DNA of 64,000 nt from Paraspadella gotoi (GCA_051294375.1 CM119266.1:18499501-18563500); one strand, 5' to 3'; positions 11,206 to 25,374 are shown, counted from the first letter of the stretch. Program-made: numbers and translations. The notes: generated by a model from the letters alone, not told the origin.

Positions 11206-13903
11206 ATGCGACCCGGACGCGGATTCCCCTTACCCTCCTTTACCCTCGTGGGCCGTGCCTTCCTCTCCGCCCCCGTGCGAGAAGCCCTACTGCCTCCTAG
11301 GCTGCGTGTGCCCCAGCCTCAAGATCAAATGGCCCAAGATGAGCGAAAGGGCTGAACCCGTGTCGGGAGGTGATCAGTCTAGAGAAGGCATGGCGTCAGT
11401 TGTGGGCGGACGACAGAGGCCGAAGCTGCTGTCGATTGATGAAGTCAATTGGGACTCAATCCATTTATCCGGATCGGACGAGGAAAAAGAGGAGGAGGAG
11501 GAAAGGGAGAAGACGAGGAAGAGGAAGAGAGGAAGGAAGAGCGCCGCCCCGAAAAGGCAAGCGGCGCAGTCAAAGCCGCCGGCGTCGAGGGCGCGACCTA
11601 TGGCGTCGGCGCGGCGAACGGCGTCTGCTTCGGCGTTGTCACCGCAACCGTCTAAGTCAGCATCTACGTTTGCACCAGAACCGTCTACGTCGTTGGCAAC
11701 CCAATCCACATCGAAGGCAACTCGCTCCACGAGATCATCCACTCGTGCTCGTTCTTTCGCTGCGGAGGCAGTAGCGGCTGCAGCAGAAGAAACGTCGCCG
11801 ATATCGACTTCAACAGCAGCTGCATCAGCGGCGGCGACGTCATCTCCAGCGGCGTCGACCAAATCCAAAAGACGCCGTAGAACCTCCAAGTCCAGCGGCT
11901 CGGTCAATTCCGTTAAGTCTCAAAAAGGAGCGGCGTCGCAACCTGTCGTCGACGACGCAATCGAATCTGACGCCGCCTCCGTCGCCGAGACCGGTGTCAA
12001 ATCGAGCGCGGCGCCAAGAAAGCGTCGTAATCCCGTTCGACGCTGCGCTCGATCTGCTCCTCCTACCGGCGTCATTTTCGATCTTCCTGTCGCCGCCGAT
12101 TCTCAATCTGTCGACGTCGAACCAACGAAGATCAGCGACGACGAAGTTAACGTCACCGCCACCGGCGCCACGAGCGCCACTCGCGCCAACGCAAAGGGAC
12201 GCAAATTGACGCCGAAAAGAAAGAATCTTGAGGCCGCCGCCGCTGCTGCCGCCGCTGCTGCTGCTGCCGCCGCCGCATCCGCTGAGGCCGACGCCATTTC
12301 CGGCACCACTCGCGCCACTCGCGCCACTCGCGCCACTCGCGCCAACGCAAAAGGACGCAAATTGACTGCTGCCGCCGCTGCTGCTGCCGCTGCTGCTGCC
12401 GCTGCTGCTGCCGCCGCTGCCCCAGCCGCCGAAGCCGACGCCGTTACCGGCGCCACTCCTGCCACTAGCGTCACTCGCGCCAACGAAAAGGGATGCAAAT
12501 CGACGCCGAAAAGAAAGAATCTTGAGGCCGTCGTCGCCGCCATTACCGCCTCCGCTTCCGCCGCCGCTGCTGCTGCCGCCGCTGCCGCCGCTGCCGACAC
12601 TTCAACCGCTTCAGAGTCTGCGCCCGCCGCTGCTGTCACTCCCACCGTCACTGCCGCGCCCTCCGCTACCACCGCTCTCGCCGCCGCAGCAACCGAAAGT
12701 GTAAATCTTAATGACGCTGCCACATCTAACAAGATTGCCGCCTCCAACGCCGCCACTGCTTCCGCCGATGGTGCTGCAGCTGCCTGTACCGTTGCTGATG
12801 TCAACACCCATGCCACTACCGTTGTCGCCGCCACCAAATCGGGGGATTCGGCAAGCGCTCCGACAAGAAAAATCGAAGATGACGCAATTCGCCCCAAGGG
12901 TTGGATCGTCACAACTCCTTCTCTCAATCACGAAACCTTTCGCTCTGTCTCTCCACCCGGCACTGCATCTCCTCCCAGCGCTGCATCTTCTTTCTGCATC
13001 GTCTCTCCACCTGAAGGTGCATCTTCTCCCAGTATCGTCTCTTCACCCGGCACTGCATCTTCTCCCAGCGCCGTCTCTCCACCTGGCGCTGCATCTCCGC
13101 CCGCCTCGGCTTCGCAGCCAACTTCCGGCGCCTTCAAATCCCTAGTGAGTTTAGCGCAGGCGCCGATCTTGACTCGCGGTGCCAAAGATTCCAACTCGCT
13201 GATTCACATTCGTCTTCCGTCGTCGGCAATGTCGGCGGGATCGACCAAAACAACAACAACAACAACAACGACGACGACGACGACTTCTACTCCGGCTGTC
13301 CTCACCTTCATGAAGCCTCGACAGCCACCCCGTGCCCTTTCGGCCGTCTTCGGGCCAGACGGGCACCTCGTCTACGCAGACTCCGCCGCCCGACGCAGCG
13401 CTGCCCCGCAGTCGACCGTTTTCCTTCAACGGCCGGGCTCTCTGATCCAACAAATCCCCCAGGCCCAGCGCGAAACAATTATCCATCAAGGAAGCGTTAC
13501 ATTATCTTTCTTTGCTCCTTTCGCTGGACCCATCAAGCCAACCCTGCCCGCCGCTCTGCCCGTCACATCTCTCCAAGCTCAGCCCGTCATTCGGGACATG
13601 GCTCCATTGGCGCCGCTTTCAGCCGAGTCCGTCGGCCGAATGGTGGCGCCGGCGTTGGCGGCGTTGCAGGCGCCGCAGAGAGTGTATGAGCGGAAGACGG
13701 CGGCGTCGTCGGCGAAAACGGCAAGGGCTTCGGTGCCAGATGTGGCAGCGCCGACCCAAAGGTCCTTCGTTCCTCTTCAGCACCGCAGAGACATCGGCGC
13801 CTCCAGGTACAGTCGCGCCGTTTTTGAAAAACCGGAATCATCGTCGGCGTCATCGACCAGGAAGTGGCGCCGCGAGGGAAATGGTGTCGGAGAGAAGAAG
13901 TAA
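11206..13903 (+). CDS. Exon 2 of the MGA/Ocm-type Cys-motif protein
   Basis: Acceptor ctcttccttttcccttcatcAG|A; GA+A gives Glu and continues ECDPDADSPYPPLPSWAVPSSPPPCEKPYCLLGCVCPSLK in frame with the 882-aa ORF (719+2698=3417 nt, 1139 codons). CxxxxCxLGCxCxSL at 11276-11320 resembles the conserved MGA domain. The remainder is Ala/Ser/Thr/Pro-rich. AATAAA follows at 13908-13913. Confidence 0.8.
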
Positions 13904-14421
13904 AAAAAATAAAACAATAACACGAGGAGACCAAAAAAAAAAAGAGGAAAATTCGCAATGAAATAAAAATGAAGATGATTTCTTTGGCTTATTGTTGTTT
14001 CAATTGTTTGGTTTAATATTATTCTTGAATTATGTTTTGTACGAAATTTTGCCTTTTGTTTCAAAATGCGCATTGATAGATTACGAATTCAATATATCAG
14101 AAACGAATTCGTTACAAATAACTGATATAATAAGAATTTGTTTGGACAAATTATATGTATTTCTGGTCCACATTCTTACTTTTACTTATTTTTATTAATG
14201 GTACAATTTTCAGTTGCCGAAGGCAAAGTTCAAACTGCCGTCCAAAAAAAATTGGGTTGACCTTTTGTTTTTACTCGAATTTTTACTTTTAAGTCATTGA
14301 TTTGTCATTAATTGACGTTTTGGCCAATTTTTCCTAAGGTGTTTCCCTCTCTCTGCCTGGGTCAACACACTCTCGCTTTCTCTCATTTACGACATGGCCA
14401 GTAACTGTAGCATGGAAATCG

Positions 14422-14427
<6 letters not shown>

Positions 14428-14517
<90 letters not shown>

Positions 14518-14636
14518 TCTCTCTCTCCCCCTTTTTCATAATTTGAAATATCGTTCCATTCTCCCTTGCCACTGACTCTCATGGGAAGAATTGCTAAACA
14601 TTTTTAATTATTTGTAGTTCGTTGATGTAGCTCACA

Positions 14637-14705
<69 letters not shown>
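14428..14705. repeat. Two (CT)n microsatellite tracts
   Basis: Tracts at ~14428-14528 and ~14641-14703. Confidence 0.95.
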
Positions 14706-14707
<2 letters not shown>

Positions 14708-15332
14708 CCCCTCCCCCTATCACGTTATTTTTTTAGTCAATGTTACAAACAAGTTATTACCATGTCCATATATTTACCAAAAGAATTGTTAACGTTTGCC
14801 TCAAATTTTACGAAAATAAAGTTTAAAAAACAATAATGTAGCTGTTTTTTCCCTCCAAACACGAATTTTGAGATAAGATAACGAAACCCGACGAGAGATT
14901 TTTGCTTCTTCTCAATTTATCTTCGAATTTAAAAAAAAAACAAAGTCGTAATCAGTGTTTGGTTTTGCAAAAATACTGAAATGAAAAAAAAAAAAAGTCC
15001 CGGTTTATATTAAATTCGACTGGTTTTCTGTTTTTTGTGACAGGACGATTGTTAAACGGAACTGTTCAATCATTTATGACAAGAATCTTATCGCTCGGAA
15101 TGAACTCAAAATTAAGTCTTCGCTTTAGAAAATCTTTTTTGAACGATTCTGATGGGAAAAGTTGGAAACTTAAAAGGGAAAACATTTGAAACAAAGTAAG
15201 TTTTTTGAAGAATGTATCGTTCAAACGAATCTTTTAAAGATTAAATTCATGAAATGAAAATGATGAATTACTAATCGTCGTAAAATTAAGACGCAAAATA
15301 TATTATCGGGGAAAAAGTTGTAAAATCTATTG

Positions 15333-15652
15333 TGATCAACTGATCAACTCATCAACTGATCAACTCATCAACTGATCAACTCATCAACTGATCAACTCAT
15401 CAACTGATCAACTGATCAACTGATCAACTGATCAACTCATCAACTGATCAACTGATCAACTGATCAACTGATCAACTGATCATCTGATCAACTCAACAAC
15501 TCATCAACTGATCAACTCATCAACTGATCAACTGATCAACTCATCAACTGATCAACTCATCAACTGATCAACTGATCAACTCATCAACTCATCAACTGAT
15601 CAACTCATCAACTCAACAACTCATCAACTCATCAACTCATCAACTCATCAAC
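15333..15652. repeat. 8-bp minisatellite T[G/C]ATCAAC, ~40 units
   Basis: Directly visible; two interspersed variants TGATCAAC and TCATCAAC. Confidence 0.95.
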
Positions 15653-16645
15653 CTCGTTTTGAATCCAATTGACCGATAGAACGACTAAAAAATGAAACAA
15701 AAGTGACCTTATATGAAATTGGTACAACCAATATAAAAATTATCCATTAATTTAATAAATAAGCTATCTTGCCCCTGACTTTGGACAGGCTTTGGTGGTT
15801 TAAGGCCTCCATCACTCTTACAAGATAATGACATAGCAGGTCCCTGCAAGGTTTCAATCAAGACTCTCTCACAGTCTCGTTTATTCACTCCCAGAGTACC
15901 TGGCTTCCCTATCAATGAAGTGGTATAATATTTCAAAGAATGTTTCAATTGTATGAAAAGATATTTTAGAATAAGTTGATTTTTCTTGTTTTTTTCCCTC
16001 GAACATGAATCGATGGCTTTGGAGTGAACAAGACGCTCGTTAATGTGGCCATGCGAGATCCGTTTTTGCTGAGTTAAAATGACCCGTTTCTCAGAAGCCA
16101 AAACATAAAGTAAACTATTTTAATTTTAAGAATAAAATAAAATTCTTTGAGCGAATTATTTCTCTGAGTGTGGGGTGGGCGAGTGGCGAGGGGAGAGAGA
16201 GAGAAATAAAAATGGATCGAATTAAGGTATTTTAAATTTATTTGGGTCAAAAAGGCCTTCATTTCTTTTTATTATTTTTTATGGTCAATTTTTTTTTAAT
16301 AGGAATTGAAAAAAACGAAAGTTTTTTGATCGGCGACTTTTCCCTCGGAGTCGCTCTCAATTTTATTTAATATTATTCAATCTTCGCTTCTTAATGTATT
16401 CCTTTTTAAATATTTTAAATTATTCATATAAATCCATTGTAAATTATTTTTGGAATCTCCGTTTAAATATTTTTTACGTAATTTATTGAGGTGAGTTTTT
16501 TATTTTAGAGTGTAACGGCAGTCTAATCTAAGTTTAATTAGAAAAGGTAAAACTTGAAATATTTTTTAGATTATCCGAATTAAAAATATTTATAAAATAT
16601 ATAGTGTATGATATAAAAAAATGATGGAATTTTTTTTCTTTACAG

Positions 16646-16774
16646 GGAAAGTCGCTTCAACTTAAACGCGACTAAAACGCGGAAATATTTAAATCGACGG
16701 AAATAGGATTATTTAATAATTAATTAAATAATTAATTAATTAATCGGCCTGTGATTATATATTCTACGAATCAG
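16646..16774 (+). other. Probable non-coding exon (5'UTR or lncRNA)
   Basis: Acceptor ttttttttctttacAG| and donor CAG|GTAAGT; an upstream donor GAG|GTGAGT at 16491 would define a 155-nt intron. AT-rich, no evident coding potential. Same signals in copy 3 near 38105-38232. Confidence 0.45.
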
Positions 16775-17918
16775 GTAAGTTGATTTCAATCTTTTTCTTC
16801 ACTCAAATAATAAAAAAAAAAAAAAACCCAATCAAATGTTCCTTTGTTTTATGGTGATTTCTCGTGTTTTCTCGGCGCTAATTTTATTGTGACGTTTTAA
16901 CGCTAGCCAATCTATAAAAATTGGAGTCTTTCTCTAGCCCTTTCGGCCTTGTTTTTTAAAAGTGACTCATTTCATTTTAAATTTTAAATAATATTAATTT
17001 TTAGATCAAGCATTATGGTTTAAGATTGGGGTTAAGAACTAGGGTTTAGGGTTAGAGATTAGGGATTAAAATTAAAGTTCAGGAATTAATAAACAGAAAT
17101 AGAGCGCGTTTAGAAAAGAGAGCCTTATTTTCATTACTTTTCCCCTCGGAAGTAAAAAAAACTCGTAGCAAAATCGTGAAAAGTCTGAAAGACTGAGATT
17201 CGATCTTTGGGTTCAAAGGTCAAACGCGAAGAATTGGATCGAAACTTTTCAAAAATCTCGACAGAAGTTGACATTTTTGTGACGGATTTATATCCCAGGG
17301 AATCGAAAGGATAACAACAACAACGAAACAACAACGAGTAAGATAACCTTACCGTAGTTCATCTCTTGTTTCTCCTTAAGTCTTAACTCAACGATTTAAA
17401 ATATTTAAAAGATTTTAAAGGTTTTAACCAGTCTCGTCAAAATAAAATTTACGGCGAATTTTTAATTTTCCCTCGAATAAAAAAGAGAAAATTATATCGA
17501 GACTTAATAACTTGAGTCTTCGCTCGTGTTACCGAATTTTTTGATCTCAAAATTGGAAGACGAAAAACGATATTTGTCAATTTTAAAAAAATGCGGCAAT
17601 CAAGACCGGTGGAAAAATTGGACCAATGAGGAGAAGAGAAAAAAATGACACAAACATTAGTTTTTCTCTCCTACAAATTTTCTTGAGGTTTATTTTAATT
17701 TTTAAAGGTTCTAATTAAGCTTCTTAGTTTCCCTTTTCTCTTTAATTTTTTTACTTTTATTCTCATTTTTTTTCTTACCGTTTTTCCTCCTCTTCTTCTT
17801 CTTATTTTTCTTGTTCTTATTCTTTCTCCTCTTTCTCCTCCTCTTTCCCCTCTGGGGAATAAGTAAAAACAATTCTTGTATCTTTTTTTATCCTATTTCA
17901 TATATATTTCTCTTTTTT

Positions 17919-18006
<88 letters not shown>

Positions 18007-18337
18007 TTTTTTCTCTTCACTTTAAATTTTTCATATTTTACCCTCACCTTCCTCCCTATACTCTCTTTCTCTCTCTTTCTCCTTCCTCTCCCTCCCCTCC
18101 TTCTATCTCTCCTTCTCCTGACTCTCTCTCTATGCCTACCTCCCTCTCTCCATCTCCCTCCCTATCCTTCCTCTCTCTCTCCTTCCTCTCTCCCTCTCTC
18201 TCCCCTCCCTCTATCTCTCCTTCTTCTTCTTCTCTCACTCTCTCTCTCTTCTTCTCATTTCTCTCTCCCTTCTCCCTCACATTCGTTTCACGCCCAACAT
18301 TCGGTCTTCCGCTGATTTACGATTTCTTTCGTCCGTC

Positions 18338-18378
<41 letters not shown>

Positions 18379-19462
18379 TCCCTCCTTCCCCCTCTCTCTC
18401 TTCCTCTCTCCTTTCCCCCTCTCTTTCTCCCATTATTTTTAACTCTTCTCCCCTCTCACTCCTCCTCTCTTTTTCTTTTTCCTCTTCCCCTCTCTCTTCC
18501 CCTCTCCATTTCTTTCTCTCTCTCCCCCTGCTCCTCCTCTTCCTCCTCGCTGGAGGATTTACGATTCCCTTAGGATCAAAATCTTTGTTGGATAACGTCG
18601 CCTTGGCGTAGGGGTGGCGCATTGGTACCACTAAAAGTGGCGCAGTGGTTCCTCTTTATTGACGAGGTGGTCACACTGTTTCTGCCAACTGATTCCAACG
18701 CGTGACTGGCATAAAGAGGCAACCTTGACCGTCACCCGATGGAGAAACTGGATTTGCAATCGGATCATTGCAAATCGCAGATGGAAGCGAAAGTCAAATG
18801 CGACTGCAGAGGAAAAACGGAGCAACGGGGTCTCAGTTTTGAGTCAATGTCTCTTAGTTTCATTTCTGTTAGCATCGAAAAAGTTATAGAATTGAAATTA
18901 GAATTGAATCGAATTAAAATTCGCGATAGAAATGAAAATCTAAATCTTTGTCGGAATCTTTTCTCTCTCAGATGGCGAGAATTCAAAGAATTAAACTTTT
19001 ACAAATAATTCGCCGCTTTGAAGTTTTTTTTTTTTAATTTTCATTTAAAATTGACAGAATTTTAAACTATTTTATTTAATAAAATCCGAATGAAAAAAAA
19101 AATCTAAAACTTTTCTGCTTTTCTCCTTTGCCAAATATAGAAAAATAAAAAAAATATTTTCATTTAAATATTTTTCGAAATAATGACAAAAATCATCGAA
19201 AAATAAATGAAAAAAGAAAAGATTTTTGATTTTGGTAGCTTTAGTTAGACTTGACCTGGGCTCGATCTGGGTTCGTTTAGCTTGATTTTGGCCTGGGCTT
19301 TGGGGTTCGGGTTGGGCTTGGTTTTAAGTTAGGGTTTTCTTGGGATTTTGCTTGGTTCGTCCTTGGCCTTCGCTTCTTGTATTCGTTTGACGAATCAATC
19401 GAAATTTTTCGCGCTTTATTTGGCAGATCGTCACAAAAAGCCTTTGCTTGTCAGTGCCGACA

Positions 19463-19569
<107 letters not shown>

Positions 19570-20519
19570 TTTTTGGCTTTCGATCTTTCTCTCTCAGATG
19601 GTGAATCACTTATAGATTTTTTTCTTCTTCTGTTGATTCAGCAGAAGATAATCCACAACAACAACAATAACAACAACAACAACAACCGTGACCTTTTTAC
19701 AGCCGTCGTCGTTATCGTCGTCGTTGTCGTCGTCGTCGTTGTCGTCGTCGATTTTAAGGTGCGATGCATTAGCGTTGTCTGATAGTAAACGTCATGTTTA
19801 CAACGCGATCGACCGAAAGATCGATGGTTTTTCCAATGTTTTTTAGTCGTCGTCGTCGTTGTCGTCGTCGTCGCAGTCGTTGTCGTTATCTTTGCGGAGA
19901 GAAGGTAAGAATTAGAAAAAAGGAAAAAGAAAGAAAGAGGAGTGAAAGGAAGAATTATGTAAAAGAGAGTAAAAAGAAAAGAAGAAAAGAGAAGGGAAGA
20001 ATTAGGAAAGAAAGATAAAAGGAGAGAGAGAATAATAGAAATAGAAATAGAAATAATTCGGAAAATAAAGGAAAAAAATAGAGTAAAGAAAGGAAGGATT
20101 ATGAAAAGATAGGAAGAAGATAAAAGGGGAAAGAAGCTAAGAATTAGTAATAGAAAGTAAAACTAAAAAGAAAGGAGGGAAAACTAAAGAAATAAAAAAA
20201 TATGAAAAGTGAATTTCTGTCATCCATCATATCTTAACCGATGATGACGACGACTTTCGCCAACAAGAAAGGAGAACGTAAAAAACCCTCAACGACAACA
20301 ATAACAACAACTACAACAACGACGACGACTTCTGCCGTTTCACGGCTCACGCCTTTCACTCGCCGACTTTCGGCTTCTGTAAAAAGAAAAGGAAAACCGA
20401 TTCACACAACGAATCACATTCACGGTCATGCCGACCGTGAAGGAGGGGGGTGAACAATAACACAATGATTCGCACCATGAGATGTGACGCGTGAGGATGG
20501 AGGGAGAAGGAAAATATAC

Positions 20520-20631
<112 letters not shown>

Positions 20632-20988
20632 CCTCTCATCGCCGATTTTTAGGGGAAAATGTATTTTTCCGTTCGTTTCATCCTATCAGCTTTCGTCCCC
20701 GGGATGCTTCGACCAATTAGCGTTCGTCCCCTCGGAATCACGACCAATCAGATCCCTCTGGACGCGATTCTCTGTCGCGATTGGTCCAGATGATCGAATA
20801 TTCTGTTCCCCGGTTATCACAATTTTTTTTCTCTTCCCTCTTCCTCCTTTCAAAGAAAAGCAAAAGCTCTTCCTCCTCATCCTCCTTATCCCGTTGACTT
20901 ACCACGGTCTTACCTCGTCGCGGTCGTCGTCGTCTGCGTCGTCTTCGACGACGTTTCCAGTCCTCGCGAAGAGAGACGACGAGAGAGA

Positions 20989-21044
<56 letters not shown>

Positions 21045-21190
21045 GAGCACGTTCTTTTTTTCTTTTTATATATTTTGCTTTTCTCCTTTTTAACTTCATT
21101 TTCTTTTTTTTATTTTAGTCTCTCTCTCTCCCGGGCCTGCGTTCTTTCGACAGCGTCTCTCTCTCTCTCTCTCTTCTCTCTCTCTTCTCT

Positions 21191-21228
<38 letters not shown>

Positions 21229-21967
21229 CCCGGTTCAGTCTCGTACTCCGTCCGTCGTGCCGCGGTTGAAATGAATTTCCATTCTTTTGAGTCTTCGTTT
21301 TTTGCTTCCCACATCAACCAAAACTGCGTTCAGAGAATTTCCTTACGCCTTATTCTCTGTGCGTACATCTCCTCTGTGCGTACTTCTCCCCTTTTCGCAC
21401 TTTTCTATTCTTTTTTGCTTATTTGTTTCGCGTTCAACTCTGTTTGTACTTTTCTGGATGCATTATTGCTCTCTTTTTTTTTCTCCTTGCGTATTCTCTT
21501 CTATTATTGTTTCGCTGACTTGCTCATCTCGATTTCCACTCGCATCGTCGTAAAGACAACGCAAGATATATAATGCGAATAAAAATGAGAGAAAATATTC
21601 TCTGGACGAAAAAAAAAAGATCGGTTTTATAATCATTGGAATCGAATATAAATTTTGTATTTAAACATCGACGAGAATCAATTCGAGTAAAAATTCCGTT
21701 TATTATTAGGTTTTTTTTTTTTGGTTAAAGGTTTTATTTTCATAAGATCAAATTTTGTTTTTGTTTTGTTTTTGGTTTTTTTTTTACATTTGTTTTAGCA
21801 AAAGCTATTAACAGATTAAGAAAATTGTATTCGATGATCAAACATCTTAAGATTTTAATTTCAGGACCGACCCACAGAAGGACAGAATCTAAAAAATGCA
21901 AATATAAATGAAAAACTCGTATTGGATCTTCTCAAATATGTCATAGTGTAGCATATATACATTATAC

Positions 21968-22095
<128 letters not shown>

Positions 22096-23567
22096 CTCTC
22101 CCCTTTCCTCTCTCAGTCTATCTTTGTGTCTATCTCTTTTACCCTCCCATTTTTCTTTTTCTTCCTCGTTCGTCAGTCAACCGGTAAAAAACAGGATATC
22201 GCCGATCAAACGTTTTCTCTTTTTCTATTATGTAATGTCATGTTTATATTTCTTTTTGATAAAAAGTAAAAAATATATTTTTTTTTACCTATTATTTCTG
22301 AGTTTTTTTTATTTAGATATTTTTCCTATTTTTACTCTTTCGTCTTTTTGGTCTTAAAATTAAATCTTTAAGATTTTGGAATTTTTTGTGTCATTTTGTG
22401 GTTCCGTCGTTTTATCCTTTCGATCAGGAATGAAATCTTCTAATTACTCTTAATTACAACAACAACAACAACAACCTAACAAAATATAAAATCCCCATCC
22501 AGGAAGAGAGAAGAAACTGACGACATGCGAAAATTAAAAAAACCTAATGAGCCGAAGAATTTTTTTTTCATCAGGAAGAAAACTTATAAAAAAAATATTT
22601 TATCAAATAAAAAAAAAAAATAAACAAAAAGGTTTTAAGGTTAAAAACACAAAGTAAATGAGGTAAAAAAGGAGCAAATTGTAAAAAAAAAAGAGCAAAT
22701 TTGATTGTTTTCTCAATGAAATTAAAGATAAAAAAAGATAAAAAAAAAAATGGAGATAAAATTGGACTAAAACGAGCGACGATTCGGGTCGACGATATCA
22801 AAAAAAATCCAGTTTAGACTCGTTTTATTTCTAAGTTTCTAACTCGAGAATTTGAAAGTTTGACCCGATCCGGTAGGAATTCATATCCCGTTTCTCCTCC
22901 GAGAATTTGCACCCGCTCCTACCAAGCGAAAACTGAGCTTTGCGCCCAGCCGATTCATACAAATTTACGGAACCGAGCGTCAAGCCAGAGGCAGAGGCAG
23001 AGCACAGTCAGATGCGAAGTCCCGGACGGTGAGTCGCTCTTGGCATGAGTCTTCCATAGATGTCGTTTGCTGTTCTCGTTATCACACTCCATCTCTCTCC
23101 ACCATTTGTTCATTTCATTTCCTTTCCTTTATATTTTCCTTATTTTCCTTTCTTTCTTCAAATCCAATGACAGAATGACAACTACAGTGGATCATATGAC
23201 CTTTTCTGACAAAAGACATCCGTCGAATGCTTAAAAATTAAAAAAAAAACAAAAAAACTTTTACATAATGTAAACTTTCGTTCGCCTTTTTAAAATATTT
23301 TTCTATCAAGTTTTTCATCGAATTATCATTTTTTTGGGCTAATTCTTGTTTTAAGATCGAAAATAGAAAAGAGAAAATGAATAAAAAAGAAAGAATAAAT
23401 TTGTAAAACGTTCATTTTAATTACGTCGTTTTGTTTTTAATTTCTCTTCATTTTTCCTAAATTTATGTTTATCTAATTTATATATGTCTTTCTTTATGCA
23501 AATTATCTTTTGTTATTCATAATATCTTCCTCTTATTATCTCTTGTTTGTTTTTTGAGCTCTTTGTC

Positions 23568-23638
<71 letters not shown>

Positions 23639-23699
23639 AACTTCGTTTTTCCGTCGTTTTGTGTCACGTTCTCTTGGTAGTAAATTGGCCGAGTGAGAC

Positions 23700-23900
23700 T
23701 TCTGATGAAACCACAGATGGAGGCGAAGATGAACGCACGGATAAAGTGGAACTGCAATAGAACCGCTTAATAGAACCACGGATTATTACCATAAATAAAC
23801 CACATATGAAACCACCAAAATAAACCACTCATGAAACAGCCGATAGAACCACAGATTGAACCGAAAATAAACTTACAATGGAACCCCAAATAGAAGGCTA
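23700..23900. repeat. Degenerate ~12-bp tandem repeat (GATAGAACCACA-like)
   Basis: Periodic GAACC motifs; also present near 30095-30295 and 45315-45520. Confidence 0.7.
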
Positions 23901-23974
23901 ATAAAAAAGCTTCGTTGGCCACAGAAATGTGAGGAGGAATCCCTTCACAACCCAAATTGAAATGTGAGATCTCG

Positions 23975-24045
<71 letters not shown>

Positions 24046-25148
24046 CCTAATCATCCGTCCACTCTCTCTCCCACTTCACCTTTTTTCGTAATCGCTCTAC
24101 ATTTTCTCTCTCGTTCTCTTGACGTTTCTGCCTGATGGAAACTCATTCTGTCCATTCTCTCTTTTAACACTTTTTCCATTCAACCTCTCCTTGGTTATTT
24201 CTCCTCCTCCTCCTCCTCCTCCTCCCTTTCCCTTTATTTCTTTTCTTTCTTCCTCCTCTTCTCCTAGCCTACCTCTTTCCTTTCCTCCTTCTAATTTTAC
24301 CCTTTCCTCTTTTCTCTAGAAACTTACTTCCTTTTTTCTCCCTCCTCCTCTTTTTTTCTCTATTTTCATTCTTTTCTCCCTATTTCTTTCCTTCCCTCTT
24401 CACTTCCTCCCTTCCTTCCTTTTCCCTCTCTGCCTCCCTCCTTCTCTATTCGTCCCACTTCTCGTCAAGGACGGTAAAAGGAATCGATTATATGACGTTC
24501 GCGTCGTCGGTCGTCGTCGTCGTGTTTCGTCGTCTGGTTGTTGTTGTCGTCATCGTCATCGTTGTCGTTGGTCGTCGACGAAATCTGCTCGTGCAGCCTC
24601 AAAAGCTGTCCTATTCGTGCGTTTCGTCGTCGTCGTCCGTCGTGTCCTCATTTGGATTTTCGGTGTTTGACTTTTCCCCGAATGTGATTCTTTGATGTCG
24701 AATGAATTCTTCACTTTATTTTCTTTCTAAGTCTTCACTTATATTATCTATTACATCATCATCATCTCATCATCATCATCATCCATTCAATCATACATCA
24801 TCATCATCAACATCATTCGTATCATCCATAGCATATCATTGTCGTCGTCGTCATCGTCCGCTTGCGTTGCCGTCTTCGTCAACAACAACAAAAAGCAACC
24901 AAAAACCACAACAACAAGAACAACAACACACACAACAACGTCTTCAATAGACGCGCATTCAACTCGCATACTTACGTCTGAACCGCCACGTGTCAGCGTG
25001 TCAGTGTCGCGTGTCACGTCCCTCTAATTTCGCCGCCCAAAATTCAACGCATGACCAAATTCGATTTCCATTCAGGATTGCAAATTCATTTCTCTTTTGT
25101 ATTTTCTTTTTTTTTCTTCTTTTCTTTTTTTCTTTTCTCGTACTTTTT

Positions 25149-25208
<60 letters not shown>

Positions 25209-25306
25209 TTCTTTTCTTTCTTTCTTTCTTTTTTTCTTTCTTTTTTCTTTCTTTATCTTCTTTTCGTTCTTTCCGCAATTTTCTCCTCTGACCCCCATCC
25301 TCTCTC

Positions 25307-25374
<68 letters not shown>

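Noticed and set aside
11370-13961. Alternative-frame and antisense ORFs overlapping the 882-aa ORF
   Set aside because: Shadow ORFs expected from GC-rich GCN-repeat coding sequence.
15333-15652. CRISPR-like array
   Set aside because: Contiguous 8-bp units with no spacers, no cas genes, eukaryotic context.
17015-17075. Telomere-like TTAGGG/TTAGG motifs (also near 26185-26250 and 29910-29995)
   Set aside because: Short, highly degenerate hexamer-periodic tracts, not telomeric arrays.
22850-23070. GC-rich island as a coding exon (93-aa minus ORF in copy 3)
   Set aside because: The frame is not maintained in copy 1 and I recognise no domain; cannot be supported without polishing.
23695-23745. 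CTGATGA as a hammerhead ribozyme core
   Set aside because: The downstream element is GAAG rather than GAAA, stems I and III are not evident, and copy 2 reads CTGATGGA; it is the edge of a degenerate 12-bp repeat.
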